A DNA stretch of 64,000 nt from the NCBI GenBank assembly GCA_001600695.1, contig BCKQ01000002.1, positions 537,006-601,005 on the forward strand. The letters run 5' to 3'. Below are positions 23,301-35,200 of this stretch, in pieces. Positions within the stretch are counted from its first letter, which is position 1, and every line of letters begins with the position of its first letter. Below the pieces are notes generated by a model. The model saw only the letters and a program-made list of their open reading frames with translations. It was not told the DNA's origin and searched no databases. A program made the translations under genes and the position numbers. Source of the stretch: Ascoidea asiatica JCM 7603. Taxonomy: Eukaryota; Fungi; Ascomycota.

Positions 23301-24451
23301 GAATAAAGCATGTTAATAATATTTTGTTTAATAAAAGTCTCTATATGATGTTTAGAACAATGATAATTTTGGTTCAAAAAATGAATATTTTAAATGAGAA
23401 TTTTTCTTTACAAGAACAGAAAGAGATAATAGATTTAATCAAGAATTTGATTAATGAAGATATAAATAAGTTTGAATTTGAAGAGGTTTTACTTGAAAAA
23501 TTCAAAGATAATAAATTTTATGAATTTTATAATACTGATATTTTTCTTAAGAAATTAATATCAGAAATGTATAAAATCATTTCAGACCCTATTTCTTCAG
23601 AGATTTTAGTGACATATAAAAAAACACATTTAAAAAAAGAATATATTTCTATTAAAAATTTTTCTAAATATGAAGAGAAAATTAGAGAAATAATTGGAAT
23701 TGATGAACCTATGATTTCAGTTAATCTATATGAGAATAATCTTTTTTTTAAATATATTGGAGTGGATGATATTATTTTAAAAAGAATTCAAAAAAACAGT
23801 AAGAGAGATTATGTAAAATATATTGAAAGTTATTGTAAGTCAAGTCCATCAGATTATATATCAGAAGATAAGATTAAAGTTCCATTTATATCCAAAAATT
23901 TACTCAAAGATAATTTACAATATAATAGAGATATGAGTGAAGATATTAAGCATAATGAGCTTAAAGCAGTAATATCGCCAGCTACATATACATTATTTTT
24001 TAAAGAAGGATCATATGATGAATTTTCTTCTAATGAATTTTCGGACTCAAGTAGTTTTAAAAAATTTAATAAATTCAAGAAAACTCGTGGATTAAGAGAA
24101 ACAATTGAAGGAAAATTTGGATGGAAAAATAATATTAAAAATAAAGAATTATATGATTTTTATGAAGAAAAATTTCAATGCTTAGTTGATAAAGGATCAG
24201 ATTATTATTTAAAATTTAATTCAAGTTGTAATAAGAATAATGGATCTGATAAAAATATAAATCACAATACTAACAATAATGATGAAGATATCACAGTTGA
24301 GGGAGATTCCACTATTGATAGTGCGCAAAATGATTCTAAAATAGAATGCAATAATAATAATGATAATAATAGTAATAGTAATAATAGTAATAGTAATAGT
24401 AATATTAATGGAAAAATAAGTGGAAATGGCAATAATAATAATATTCTTTAA
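20303..24451 (+). CDS. SIN3: Sin3-like HDAC scaffold (PAH1-3, divergent HID)
   Basis: PAH1 DAILYLDQVK..PDIYNSFLDIMKDFK..IDTPGVI.RVSSLF.GHPNLIQGFN; PAH2 AITYVNKIKVRF..YKRFLEILQTYQKEQ; HID remnant IEEERHSYD. Confidence 0.88.
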   Translation: MNSNGNNQSNVYSIHSQLLNGSAKIPPAQLHQQPLIQTQQGHGTTVQDNKTVNGVQTLQVQQQNHQLQQNHQLQQNQQSQNQVHPPQLQQQLQPTQPREQTGFRTLNFDDAILYLDQVKQQFQDQPDIYNSFLDIMKDFKFQTIDTPGVINRVSSLFHGHPNLIQGFNAFLPFGYKIECSSDPLDPNPIRVTTPRGSVSRPDIPIYHPPSLTVNSSLSLDNTSVFSENGNPLSQTPTNPISNASFGANAGSLSLQQFQQYPRIESQNFNPELSKDMIAQSQPQMNDAITYVNKIKVRFANQPEYYKRFLEILQTYQKEQRPIEDIYSEVTRLLSDTPDLLEDFKKFIPETDPSENISYKNSNMQIHSQPSLYSSVSKNYSINGGPVTPSHNGLELPPVGNFPPPSSHKRTMPINVIPQNLDNGNEIIISNEREALPSSPQTFNVQVIREESSSIEEPLTEEIEYFSRIKKFINNKIGYNNFLRLVGYYNDDLIDIETLFDRVHTYIGKQPVLFSWFKSFIKPLEKSNPEKKLLTDNQNKKQTIISNVPLNPEKLKRTLYEHVTPSYVKCPEAEQINYNNNRDNMCREVLNEKYILTPNYLWEDEHKSKSFLINSSKNSFSNKYENILQEIEEERHSYDYWMETSLKTYQTLENIGHRISAMSPSAKSRFKIPNDALSKSINKKIIQKLYKDKEVSDRILRGLYETPAFIIPIILKKLKQKEDEWKSLYRDWNKIWNEQERLYYKKSFDVLGENFKEKEKKLLLNDFLLDQIVEEKKRLNSLATVNPYFSSFINLGNKLSNSYSHLKMGVSDLFGEDYRPLVLLQTIFSLYLKKDLILLNDPDEEGSLTEDFFKMHTLVNIRKKNQFSITDHSRLKVFFIEFLKLMFSLPPPIYENLCNSSHENDNETQDDKNANTVSTLGQKRHMEDYSNNELLESVLCVKPLTKKINKGQNNILSKFIPNSKKDEESSSGSMSNSIKDDSSSDSWIELIETREESSSMRIKHVNNILFNKSLYMMFRTMIILVQKMNILNENFSLQEQKEIIDLIKNLINEDINKFEFEEVLLEKFKDNKFYEFYNTDIFLKKLISEMYKIISDPISSEILVTYKKTHLKKEYISIKNFSKYEEKIREIIGIDEPMISVNLYENNLFFKYIGVDDIILKRIQKNSKRDYVKYIESYCKSSPSDYISEDKIKVPFISKNLLKDNLQYNRDMSEDIKHNELKAVISPATYTLFFKEGSYDEFSSNEFSDSSSFKKFNKFKKTRGLRETIEGKFGWKNNIKNKELYDFYEEKFQCLVDKGSDYYLKFNSSCNKNNGSDKNINHNTNNNDEDITVEGDSTIDSAQNDSKIECNNNNDNNSNSNNSNSNSNINGKISGNGNNNNIL

Positions 24452-24912
24452 ATTTTAGATTTCATTTTTGTGAGTATAATAAAAATTAAAAATAGAGAGC
24501 AATCAAATGGTTTTAAGAGACTAATTAGTGATTGAATGATTAAAAGGCGAGTTTAATCAAAATAGTTTAATAAAGATACTGTAATATATTAATTTTAAAA
24601 ATGTAGTTAAAAAAAGAATAATTTAAAATTAAATTTGACTGATATTGAATAAATAGATCGATAAACTAAATAAATAGAATAAATATAATAACGATACATT
24701 TAAAAAAAAAAAAAAAAAAAAAAAAAGAAAAAGACAAAATGTGAATTAAATTAAATTAAATTGAATTGAATTAATATAGAAGTTAAAGCAATAAATGAAA
24801 AATAATGTACTTTGTAAAAGAATATGAATAAGCTAAAAATTAGAAAAAATAAAAAAATAGAATAATATAAAAAGGGAATTATGAAAAGAAAATTAACTTA
24901 AATTAAACTAAA

Positions 24913-25752
24913 CTAAATTAAATGTTCAATAGTATTTGAAGTTGGTAATTGTTGATTATTAATTAATAAATCCCACCATTTGAATAAATAACTTTCACAA
25001 ATTAATTTAAACCATGGAGTAAAAGGTATATTTTTATCATTAAGCATAATTTTTAAATCATCAATTGAAATATATTTGAAATTTTTAACTTCATTTAAAT
25101 TTGGATTAATTTTTGGATTTGATTGATTTGATTTTATAAATAATATATAATCAATTTCATGTTCAGACCAATTAATATCATTATTATTTGGAGCCATATA
25201 ATGAATTCTAGTTAAAAATTTAAAATTTTCAATTGGAACATCAGATGAATTTATACCAAGTTCATGAAATAATTTTCTTTGAGCAGCAAATTTAACACCT
25301 TTAATAGAATTTGATAAATTTGAACCAAATTCATTTGATATTAATAAAGGATGAGAACAACAAGTATTTGTCCACATATTTGGAAAAGTTATTTTTTCAT
25401 CAGCTCTTTGTTGTAATAATAATTTATTTTCATTATTAAATAAAAATACAGAAAATGCTCTATGTAATAAACCTTTTTTAATATTTGAAGTTAAATGACA
25501 AGTTTTTTTAGTTGCACCACCAATTGGATGATCGAAATAATCAAGTACAATACAATTTTCATTCATTAATTTAATTTGTTCTTCATCATGACCAATAAAT
25601 AAATTTGGATCATGTTTTGAAAGATTTGAATCTTCAGAAGAAGAACTTGAAGAAGGTAATTCAGATTTTAATGGAATAATTTCATCTTGAAAAATTTGTA
25701 AAATATCATCTTTTGAAAGAGATTTAACTAAATCAGAATAATTCATTGTCAT
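24913..25752 (-). CDS. IDI1: Isopentenyl-diphosphate delta-isomerase (type 1)
   Basis: GHDEEQIKLM.E.C, LLHRAFSVFLF, WTNTCCSHPL, WSEHEIDYIL, FTPWF. Confidence 0.97.
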   Translation of the reverse strand: MTMNYSDLVKSLSKDDILQIFQDEIIPLKSELPSSSSSSEDSNLSKHDPNLFIGHDEEQIKLMNENCIVLDYFDHPIGGATKKTCHLTSNIKKGLLHRAFSVFLFNNENKLLLQQRADEKITFPNMWTNTCCSHPLLISNEFGSNLSNSIKGVKFAAQRKLFHELGINSSDVPIENFKFLTRIHYMAPNNNDINWSEHEIDYILFIKSNQSNPKINPNLNEVKNFKYISIDDLKIMLNDKNIPFTPWFKLICESYLFKWWDLLINNQQLPTSNTIEHLI

Positions 25753-26200
25753 TTTTTTTACAAATTATTGAATTATTTATTATTATTATTTTTATTATTA
25801 TATTGAATTATGATTGATTTTTTTTTTTTGAAGAAAAAAGTGAATGAAATTAAATCTTCAGTATATTCATAAAGAGAATGTGATGAAATATTGAAATGAG
25901 AGAGAATCTAATAAATTGAAGATAATTTGAAGATAAAGAAACTAAAGATTAATTTGATATAAATATAAGAATATGATATGAATGAATGTTTATATAAAAT
26001 TTTCAGTTAATTCGATAAATTAGAAAAAAAACCGAAATAAGTAAAAACAAGTGAAAATCTAAGATGGTTTTTATTCCAATAACGACATCCCATAGTCAAT
26101 ATATCGTACATAATTGGCAGTTTAGTACTACAGACCGTACAGCTCTAAATAATCGAGGACCTCAGGTAGAATCAACTCATAATTTAATATGACTGTCAGG

Positions 26201-26219
26201 CACACACACACACACACAC
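26201..26219. repeat. (CA)n microsatellite
   Basis: cacacacacacacacacac. Confidence 0.9.
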
Positions 26220-26224
26220 TTAGG

Positions 26225-26232
26225 CTCGTATA
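26225..26232 (+). promoter_or_regulatory. Sterol regulatory element (CTCGTATA, Upc2/Ecm22) upstream of IDI1
   Basis: Exact TCGTATA consensus about 475 nt upstream of a mevalonate-pathway gene; related TCGTACA at 26104. Confidence 0.55.
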
Positions 26233-27927
26233 ACCCGTCGAGGAAGAAGAAGCAGAAACTGAAGCAGTGCAGCAGCACGGTACTAAATACACCGCAGTTT
26301 ACACGCGGTACGAGCATTGACCCACCAGCTTTCTATGTAATATAGAGTCATGTGACACTGAAGTCTCGTGACCTGACAAATTGCCTCTTTCGCTTGATGT
26401 GTGTCTTTGTCTGCCTTGGGTTGGTCTTGTGCTGATTGTGCTGCTTGAGGTGTTTGTGGTGCCAGAGATGTTTGTAGTGTGCTTGTGGTGATTTTGTGCT
26501 GCTGCGGTGAAGAGAAAGCGGAGAAGGACCTGTTTCTATTGCATGCTTCACTTGCTGTCGGTATTAATTATTCATGCTTCCAGGGTTGACAAAGCAACAG
26601 GAATTTCAAATACAGCATGCAAAAATACACTGTTCTTTGTCTAGACTCTCAGTTCCACTCAGCTGCAATCTCACTTTTGAAAATAGTGCTAGTTCCACTG
26701 AAAGTCTTCATGGATGAGGGTGAATGAACAGTGGAGATGATGATCATAATACGTAATACAGAAGAAGGAATTAGATTCAGATGAATTTATAACAATATTG
26801 ATATCTATTTACAAGATTAAAGAAATAAAGAAATAAAAAGATAGAGAGAGTAAGAATTGTGTTTTAACATAAGAGTACTCTTACAAACTCATTATCTCAG
26901 GTTTCTTATTATATTTTATTTTATTACTATTATCACCATTATCATTATCATTATTAATATTATTATCGCAATCACAATCAAAATCAAAATTCTTTTTCTT
27001 TCCTTAGATAAAAAACCCAATTATTATCATAATTAACAAAATTAAAACTAATATTAAACAAGTATTGTCAGAATTTATTTGATTAACGTCTCATAGTTTG
27101 CATTAATTTTGCATTTTCTTCTTGAAATCTTTGTCCAACTCTTTCACTATGTTTTAAGAATTTTTCTGTACATTTTAAAACGCATCCTTCTTCTCTATTT
27201 GTTAAATTTTTTGATGTAAAATCACTAACACAATCACTAAAACATTTTTCAACCAAATTTGAATAAAGCTAAGATAAATTGAAAAAAAAAATTTTGAATT
27301 CGAATTTGAAATTAAAAGTTAGTGATTTAGTTCTTAAATCCTAGAAATAAGAAAAAAAGTATAAAAATATATCAAATTCACTTACACGCATAAAATCTTT
27401 CATTTGTTTTTGTTCAACAAGAGCTTGAAATGACTGTTGTTCACGAGAATTTAATTGATCCATTTTGTTTTATTTTACAAATCTTTAATTTAATTTAATT
27501 TAATAATAATTTATTCTTCAATTATTTGATTAATCTATTAGTTATATCTTATTTTCAATTTCTATTAACTTTATTCAAATATATTATATTAAACACTATT
27601 AGATTATTAAATTATTATCACTTTCATTTCTAACAAATTTTCAATTTTCAATGTCGGTAAATCTACAGTACCGGTAGAAACTTTACACTATTAAAAGCAA
27701 TATTATACTGAATGTCGGATGAATTTTCAATTCAATAAACTTATTATCTCAAACAAATTTACGGTAAAATAATAATCATAAATTAAAATATCATAATTAA
27801 AAAAAAAAAAAAAAACTTTATTAAACATTGAATTAGCAAACTTTATAAAAATACATTTATATTTCAAATTCCATAGATAAAAAAATAAAAATTAATAACT
27901 AAAAATCAATTTTTAAGAATTGATAAA

Positions 27928-28746
27928 ATGGTTTATTTTGAATCTTATTCTAAAAGAGCTGAAAAACATAATTCACCTTTAATCAAAAAACTTTTCAAAA
28001 TTATTGAAGATAAAAAAACAAATTTATGTGCTTCAATTGATGTTCAATCAACTAATGAATTTTTATCTTTAATTGAAAAATTAGGTCCTTTTATTTGTTG
28101 TGTTAAAACTCATATTGATATAATTAATGATTTTACTTATGAAAATACAATTATACCTTTAATTAAATTAAAATTAAAATATAATTTTTTAATATTTGAA
28201 GATAGAAAATTTGCTGATATTGGTAATACTGTTAAATATCAATATATTGGTGGAATTTATAAAATTTCTTCATGGGCTGATATAACTAATGCTCATGGTG
28301 TAACAGGCGAAGGAATTATCAAAGGTCTTAAACAAGGTGCTATTGAAACAACTTCTGAACCTCGTGGATTGTTAATGCTTGCAGAATTATCTTCAAAGGG
28401 TTCAATTGCAAAAGGTGATTATACAAAACAAACTATAGAAATGGCAAAATCTGATAATCAATTTGTTATCGGTTTTATTGCTCAAAATTATATAAATGTT
28501 GATAAAAATCAATTTGATTGGGTGATAATGACTCCTGGTGTTGGTTTAGATGATAAAGGTGATAAATTAGGTCAACAATATAGAACTGTTGAAGATGTTG
28601 TTTTGGGAGGTTCTGATATAATCATAGTTGGAAGAGGATTATTTGGTAAAAATAGAGATCCAGTCATAGAAGGTGAAAGATATAGAAAAGCAGGTTGGGA
28701 TGCTTATCAAAGAAGAATTCTCAATCTTGATATGTCTAATAAATGA
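27928..28746 (+). CDS. URA3: Orotidine-5'-phosphate decarboxylase
   Basis: [54 protein letters not shown]. Confidence 0.98.
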   Translation: MVYFESYSKRAEKHNSPLIKKLFKIIEDKKTNLCASIDVQSTNEFLSLIEKLGPFICCVKTHIDIINDFTYENTIIPLIKLKLKYNFLIFEDRKFADIGNTVKYQYIGGIYKISSWADITNAHGVTGEGIIKGLKQGAIETTSEPRGLLMLAELSSKGSIAKGDYTKQTIEMAKSDNQFVIGFIAQNYINVDKNQFDWVIMTPGVGLDDKGDKLGQQYRTVEDVVLGGSDIIIVGRGLFGKNRDPVIEGERYRKAGWDAYQRRILNLDMSNK

Positions 28747-29292
28747 TGTCTATTAAAATCAATAATTAATATCATATTCAATTCTTTCTTCCTTTAAATA
28801 TATTCTATTCTTCTTACGTTGTATCTCATTATCTTCATAATCCCATCAAAACCATTTTTTCGGTAATCCTTTTTTTAAGTTTTTTTTTTTTTTTTTCGAC
28901 CTACAATTAAATTCACGTGCTTGATATGTTCAATTCCTTTATACCCACAGATCTGGCTTTTTTGTTCAATCCAAGTTTGGAATTGTTGGTGCATCAAAAT
29001 TATCTCAAAAATGTTGGAATTTCAAAGATTTGTTAGGCCTTTCCCATCGTAAAACCACCACATTTTCAAAACGTTATCTTTAAATCTTATTTAACCAAAT
29101 AATTTTCCACTTTTTCAAATTTAACTCTTTTATTGTGATTTTTTTAATCAAACCTTTCGAATTTTTTTTTTTTTTCGATTAATAATTATCAAAGAGAAAT
29201 TTTTAAACTATCTTTTTATTTTTAATCTTTTTTAATTAATAATTAATTAAGTTAAAATTCTGAAATAAACCATATAATTAAATAATCTCAAA

Positions 29293-32200
29293 ATGCGTCC
29301 AGAAGTCGAGCAAGAACTTGCACATACTCTTTTAATTGAGCTTTTAGCTTATCAATTTGCTTCACCTGTTAAATGGATTCAAACCCAAAAAGTTTTATTT
29401 GAAGATAAAAAAATTTCAAAATTTATTGAAATTGGTCCTTCTCCAACTTTAGTTGGTATGGCTAAAAGAACTTTAAAGAATTATGAACCTTTTGATCAAG
29501 CTTTAAATATTAATAGAGAATTATTAAGTTACGCTAATGATCAAGGTGCAATTTATTATACTGAAGCTCCTTCTCCAAAGACTTCAGGTTCTAGTTCTAG
29601 TTCAAAAGCTGCCGCATCTGAAGTATCTGCTCCAATTCCTGCACCTGTTGTTCAAGCTGCTCCAGTTGCTGTTGCACCTGCCCCAGTTAGTGCTCCAGCT
29701 GCTGCCGTTACCGACCAACCAATTAAAGCATCTGTTGTTCTTCATGTTCTTGTAGCTCATAAATTAAAAAAATCTTTATCTGATGTTCCAATGGGTAAAA
29801 CTATTAAAGAACTTGTTAATGGTAAATCAACTGTTCAAAATGAGATTTTAGGTGATTTAGGTAAAGAATTTGGCTCAACTCCAGAAAAACCTGAAGAAAC
29901 TCCATTACAAGAATTAGCTGATGGCTTTCAAGAATCTTATTCTGGTACTCTTGGTAAAGTTTCTCAAACTTTAATTTCAAAATTGATTGCATCCAAAATG
30001 CCAGGTGGTTTTAACTTATCTACTGCAAAATCTTATTTACAAAAAAAATTCGGTGCTCCAGCTTCAATTCAAGATGGAATTTTATTAATGTCAACATTAA
30101 GTGAACCTGAAAAACGTCTTTCTTCTGAAGCTGATGCTCATTCTTTTTTTGATAAAGCAGCTCAAGATTATTCTTCTGCTTCTGGTATTTCGTTAAGTTC
30201 CGGTGCAGCAGCAGCAGCTGGCCCTGCTATGATGATGCCTGCTATGGCAGCAGCTTCAGGTCCAATTTCTATTCCTGATGAAAAAACTAAAGCAAGTTTA
30301 ATATTAAAAGTTATCATTGCATCTAAATTAAAAAAATCAATTGATGAAATTCCAATGACCAAAACCATTAAAGATTTAGTCAATGGTAAATCAACTGTTC
30401 AAAATGAGATTTTAGGTGATTTAGGTAAAGAATTTGGTTCAACTCCAGAAAAACCTGAAGAAACTCCATTACAAGAATTAGCTGATGGATTTCAAGAATC
30501 ATTTGATGGTTCTTTAGGAAAAGTTTCTCAAACTTTAGTTTCAAAATTCATTTCTTCAAAAATGCCTGGTGGATTTACTGCTTCTTCAGCAAAATCTTAT
30601 TTTGAATCTAAATGGGGTCTTGGTGAAGGTAGACAAAACGCTGCTTTATTAGTAGCATGCAGCATGCAACCTGAAAAAAGATTTTCTGCTGAAGCTGATG
30701 CTCATACTTTCTTAGATTCTGTTGCTCAAAAATATGCATCTGTTTCCGGTGTAAACCTTTCTCAAGGCGCTTCTGCTGGAGGTGCTGTGGGCGGCCAAAT
30801 GGCAGGTTTCGATCCTGCTGCTTTAGATGAAATTACCAAGGATCAAAAAATTATGGCTAGACAACACTTAGAAGTTCTTGCTAGATATCTTAAGATTGAT
30901 TTAAGAAAAGGGGATAGAAAGGTTCTTGAAGAACAAGAACTTAATAAATCTTTACAAGCTGAAATTGATTTATTCAATCAAGAATTAGGTGATACATTTG
31001 CTGCAGGAATTGTTCCTATTTTCAGCTCTAAAAAATGTAGAGTTTATGATTCTTTTTGGAATTGGGCAAGACAAGATGTTCTTTCAATGTATTATGATAT
31101 TATTTTTGGTAAATTATCAAATGTTGACCGTGAAATTGTTTCAAGATGTATTTCTGTTATGAATAAAGCATCTGATGAATTAATTACCTTTATGCAATAT
31201 CATATTAGAAAAGCTGGCAAAATTTCAGAAAGTGAAAATAATTTGGAACTCAAATATTCTTTAGCCTATAAACTAGGTACACAATTAATTGAAAATTGTA
31301 AAGAAGTCATTGGAACTGAGCCTGTTTTCAAGGATGTTGATTACCCAACTGGTCCAAAAACTACTATTACTGAGAAAGGGGATATTCAATACGAAGAAGT
31401 TAGAAGAGATAACACAAGATCGTTATCTCAATATGTTTCTAATATTGCTCTTGGAGGTGAATTAACAAAGATTAAAGAACCTACTATCAGAGATGATTTA
31501 GTTAAAGTATACCAAGCTTTAGTTAAACAAGCATCATTAACGAAGGACACAAAGCTCGAGGTCACCAAATTATATTCTGAGTTAGTTCAATTTATTGATC
31601 AACATGAAGAAATTGAAACCAAAAGATCAGCTGCATCCATTTTAGCAACTGCTACTAGTGAAGATGAGCTCTCCGATGATGATACTTCCGAAATCGCTTC
31701 ATTGAAAGAAAAATCTACTATAAAAGAACCAGTTTCCAGTTCTATTCCTGTTGAAACAATTCCATTTTTACATATTCAAAAGAAAACTCCTACCGGAGAT
31801 TGGTTATATGATCGTGGCTTAACTTCTGTATATTTGAATACATTAGAAAACGCTGCTATAAATGGTATCACTTTCAAAGAGAAATTTGTTCTTGTTACAG
31901 GTGCAGGAAAAGGCTCTATTGGTGCCGATATTGTTAAAGGTCTCATATCCGGTGGTGCTAAAGTTATTGTCACTACTTCCAGATTTAACAGCTCAAGCAC
32001 TGATTTTTACAAAAATTTATACATCAAACATGGTTCAAAAGAATCTAAGTTAATTGTTGTTCCATTCAATCAAGCTTCTAAACAAGATGTTAAAGAATTA
32101 GTCGAGTTCATTTATTCCGAGCTTAAATGGGATCTTGATGCTATAATTCCTTTCGCAGCTATCCCTGAAAATGGTGTTCAAACCACCACTATTGATTCTA

Positions 32201-35200
32201 AATCTGAGCTTGCTCATAGAATTATGTTAACAAATGTTTACAAAATAATGGGTGAAGTTAAATTCCAGAAAGAAAAGAGAGGCTTTAAAACCAGACCTGC
32301 TGAAGTTATTTTACCTTTATCGCCTAATCATGGTATGTTTGGATCTGATGGTCTTTATTCTGAATCGAAAATCTCTCTTGAAATGTTATTGAACAAATGG
32401 GGAAGTGAAGACTGGAGTTCTTACTTAACAATAGTTGGTGCAATTATTGGTTGGACTAGAGGAACAGGTCTTATGTCAGCTAACAATATGGTTGCAGAAG
32501 GTATCGAAAAATATGGTGTTAGAACATTTTCTCAACAAGAAATGGCTTTTAACTTATTAGGTTTATTATCCGATGAAATTTGTAACTTAGCTCAAGAAGG
32601 TCCTGTAAGAGCCGATCTTAATGGTGGTTTCCAGTTTTTGACCAATTTAAGAGAATTAACTGCTAATTTGAGATCTGATTATCAAAGAACAAGTGAAATT
32701 CGTAAAGCTGTCAGTATGGAGTCATCTATTGAGCATAAGGTTGTTTATGGTGCCAATGATGCCCAATCTAATACCAACAAAGTTGAATTACAGCCTCGTG
32801 CTAATATGCAGTTCGAATTTCCTAATCTTAAATCTTATAAAGATATTAAGAAAATGTCTCCTCATCTTGGTGATCTTCTTGATTTAGAGAGTGTAATAGT
32901 TGTTACTGGTTTCGCTGAAGTTAGTCCTTTCGGTTGCTCTTCAACTCGTTGGGATATGGAAGCTAATAGTGGATTCTCTATAGAGTCAAGTATTTATATG
33001 GCATACATCATGGGTCTTATTAAATATCAAAATACAGCCAAGCATGCTGGTTGGGTTGATGCCAAATCAGGTACTCCAGTTGAAGATAAAGATATTAAAT
33101 CCAAATATGAAAAGTACATTTTAGAACACACTGGTATTCGTTTAATAGAGCCTGAATTGTTCAATGGTTATGATCCTAAAAACAAACATCTCCTACAAGA
33201 GGTAGTTGTTGAGCATGATATGGAACCATTTTTAACTTCAGAAGAAACAGCAAATGCATATAAAAAAGAACATCAAGATAATTGTGAAATTTTCGAAAGT
33301 GATTCTGGTGAATATTCAGTTATCATCAAAAAGGGTGCAATCCTCTATATTCCTAAATCTATACACTTCAATCGTTTAGTTGCTGGTCAAGTACCAACTG
33401 GTTGGGATGCTCGTCGTTATGGTGTTCCAGATGATATTGTTGATCAAGTGGATCAAGTTACATTATTTAATCTTGTTGCTACAGTTGAAGCTTTAATTTC
33501 TTCCGGTGTTTGCGATCCTTATGAATTTTATAAATATATTCACGTCAGTGAATTTGGTATATGTTCTGGTTCAGGTATGGGTGGTGTTAACGCCTTGAGG
33601 GGTATGTTCAGAGACAGATATAAAGATATGTCTGTTCAAAACGATATTCTCCAAGAATCATTTATCAACACAATGTCAGCTTGGGTTAATATGCTATTAA
33701 TTTCTTCATCGGGACCCATAATTACTCCAGTTGGTGCATGTGCTACTGCTGTTGAATCTGTCGAAATTGGTTGTCAAGTTATCTTAAATAAGAAAGCAAA
33801 AGTTTGTATTGTTGGTGGGTATGATGATTTCCAAGAAGAAGGTTCATTTGAGTTCGCAAATATGAATGCAACCAGTAATGCCGATGAAGAGTTAGCTAGT
33901 GGTCGTTCTCCAGCAGAAATGTCTAGACCAGCAACCACATCTAGAAATGGTTTTATGGAATCCCAAGGTTCAGGTATCCAAATTATTATGACTGCCAAAT
34001 TAGCTCTTGAAATGGGTGTGCCAATTTATGCTATTGTTGGTATGACAAGCACTGCAAGTGACAAAATCGGAAGATCAGTTCCAGCTCCAGGAAAAGGTAT
34101 TTTAACAACTGCTAAAGAATTTCATGGTAGTTATAAATATCCTACTCCTATTTTAGATGTTAAATACCGTAAACGTCAATTAGATAAAAGAATCAGAAAT
34201 ATTAATAATATGCTTGAAGAAGAGTTATTGGAAGTTGAAGATCATGCTGATTCTATGGAAATGGAAAAAAAGGATTTCAATAGAAATGAATTTATCAAAG
34301 AAAGAGTTGAAGAAGTTAAACTTCAAGCTAGAAAAGAAATTCAAAATGCTAAGAAATATTACAGTATTGATATATTCAAGAATGAAAGAGTCGCACCTCT
34401 TCGTGCCTCTTTAGCAATGTTTGGTTTAACAATTGATGATTTAGGTGTTGCTTCATTTCATGGAACATCAACTAAAGCCAATGATAAAAATGAATCTGAA
34501 ACTATCGATAAAATGTTAAAACATCTTGGTCGTGCTAAGGGTAATCCAGTTATTGGTGTTTTCCAAAAATACTTAACAGGTCATCCAAAAGGTGCCGCTG
34601 GTGCTTGGATGCTTAATGGTGCTATTCAAATTTTGAATTCTGGTATTGTTCCTGGTAATCGTAATGCAGATAATGTCGATATTGAATTAATGAAATATGA
34701 TCATATTCTTTATCCATCTAAAACAATTAAGACTGATGGAATTAAAGCAGCTTCTGTTACTTCTTTTGGTTTTGGTCAAAAAGGTGCACAAGCTGTTGTT
34801 ATTCATCCTGATTATATTTATTCAGTTATTGACGAAGCTACTTATAATGACTATATCGTTAAAAGAGCTGCGCGTCAAAAACGTACTTATAGATTTTTCC
34901 ATACTGCTTTAACTAGAAGTTCAATGTTTGTTGCTAAAGCACATGCTCCATATGAAGATAGTTTGGAACAACCAGTCTACTTAGATCCAAGTATAAGAGT
35001 TGAAAGTAAAGGTGAAGAATTCATATATAATGGTAAATCTATTCAAAAATCAGATTTATTACGTCAAGTAGATGAAACTGGAAAGACTTTATCAGCAATG
35101 ACCAAAGGTCAAAAAAATGTTGGTGTTGATGTTGAATTGATATCTGAGATTAATATTGAAAATGAAACTTTCATTGAAAGAAATTTCACTAAAAATGAAA

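Noticed and set aside
26348-26551. Short ORFs in GC islands and antisense/alternate-frame ORFs within genes (e.g. 56479-56706, 61243-61473, 45343-45531)
   Set aside because: Compositional by-products or shadows of real genes; the 45343-45531 ORF starts in the snoRNA C box.
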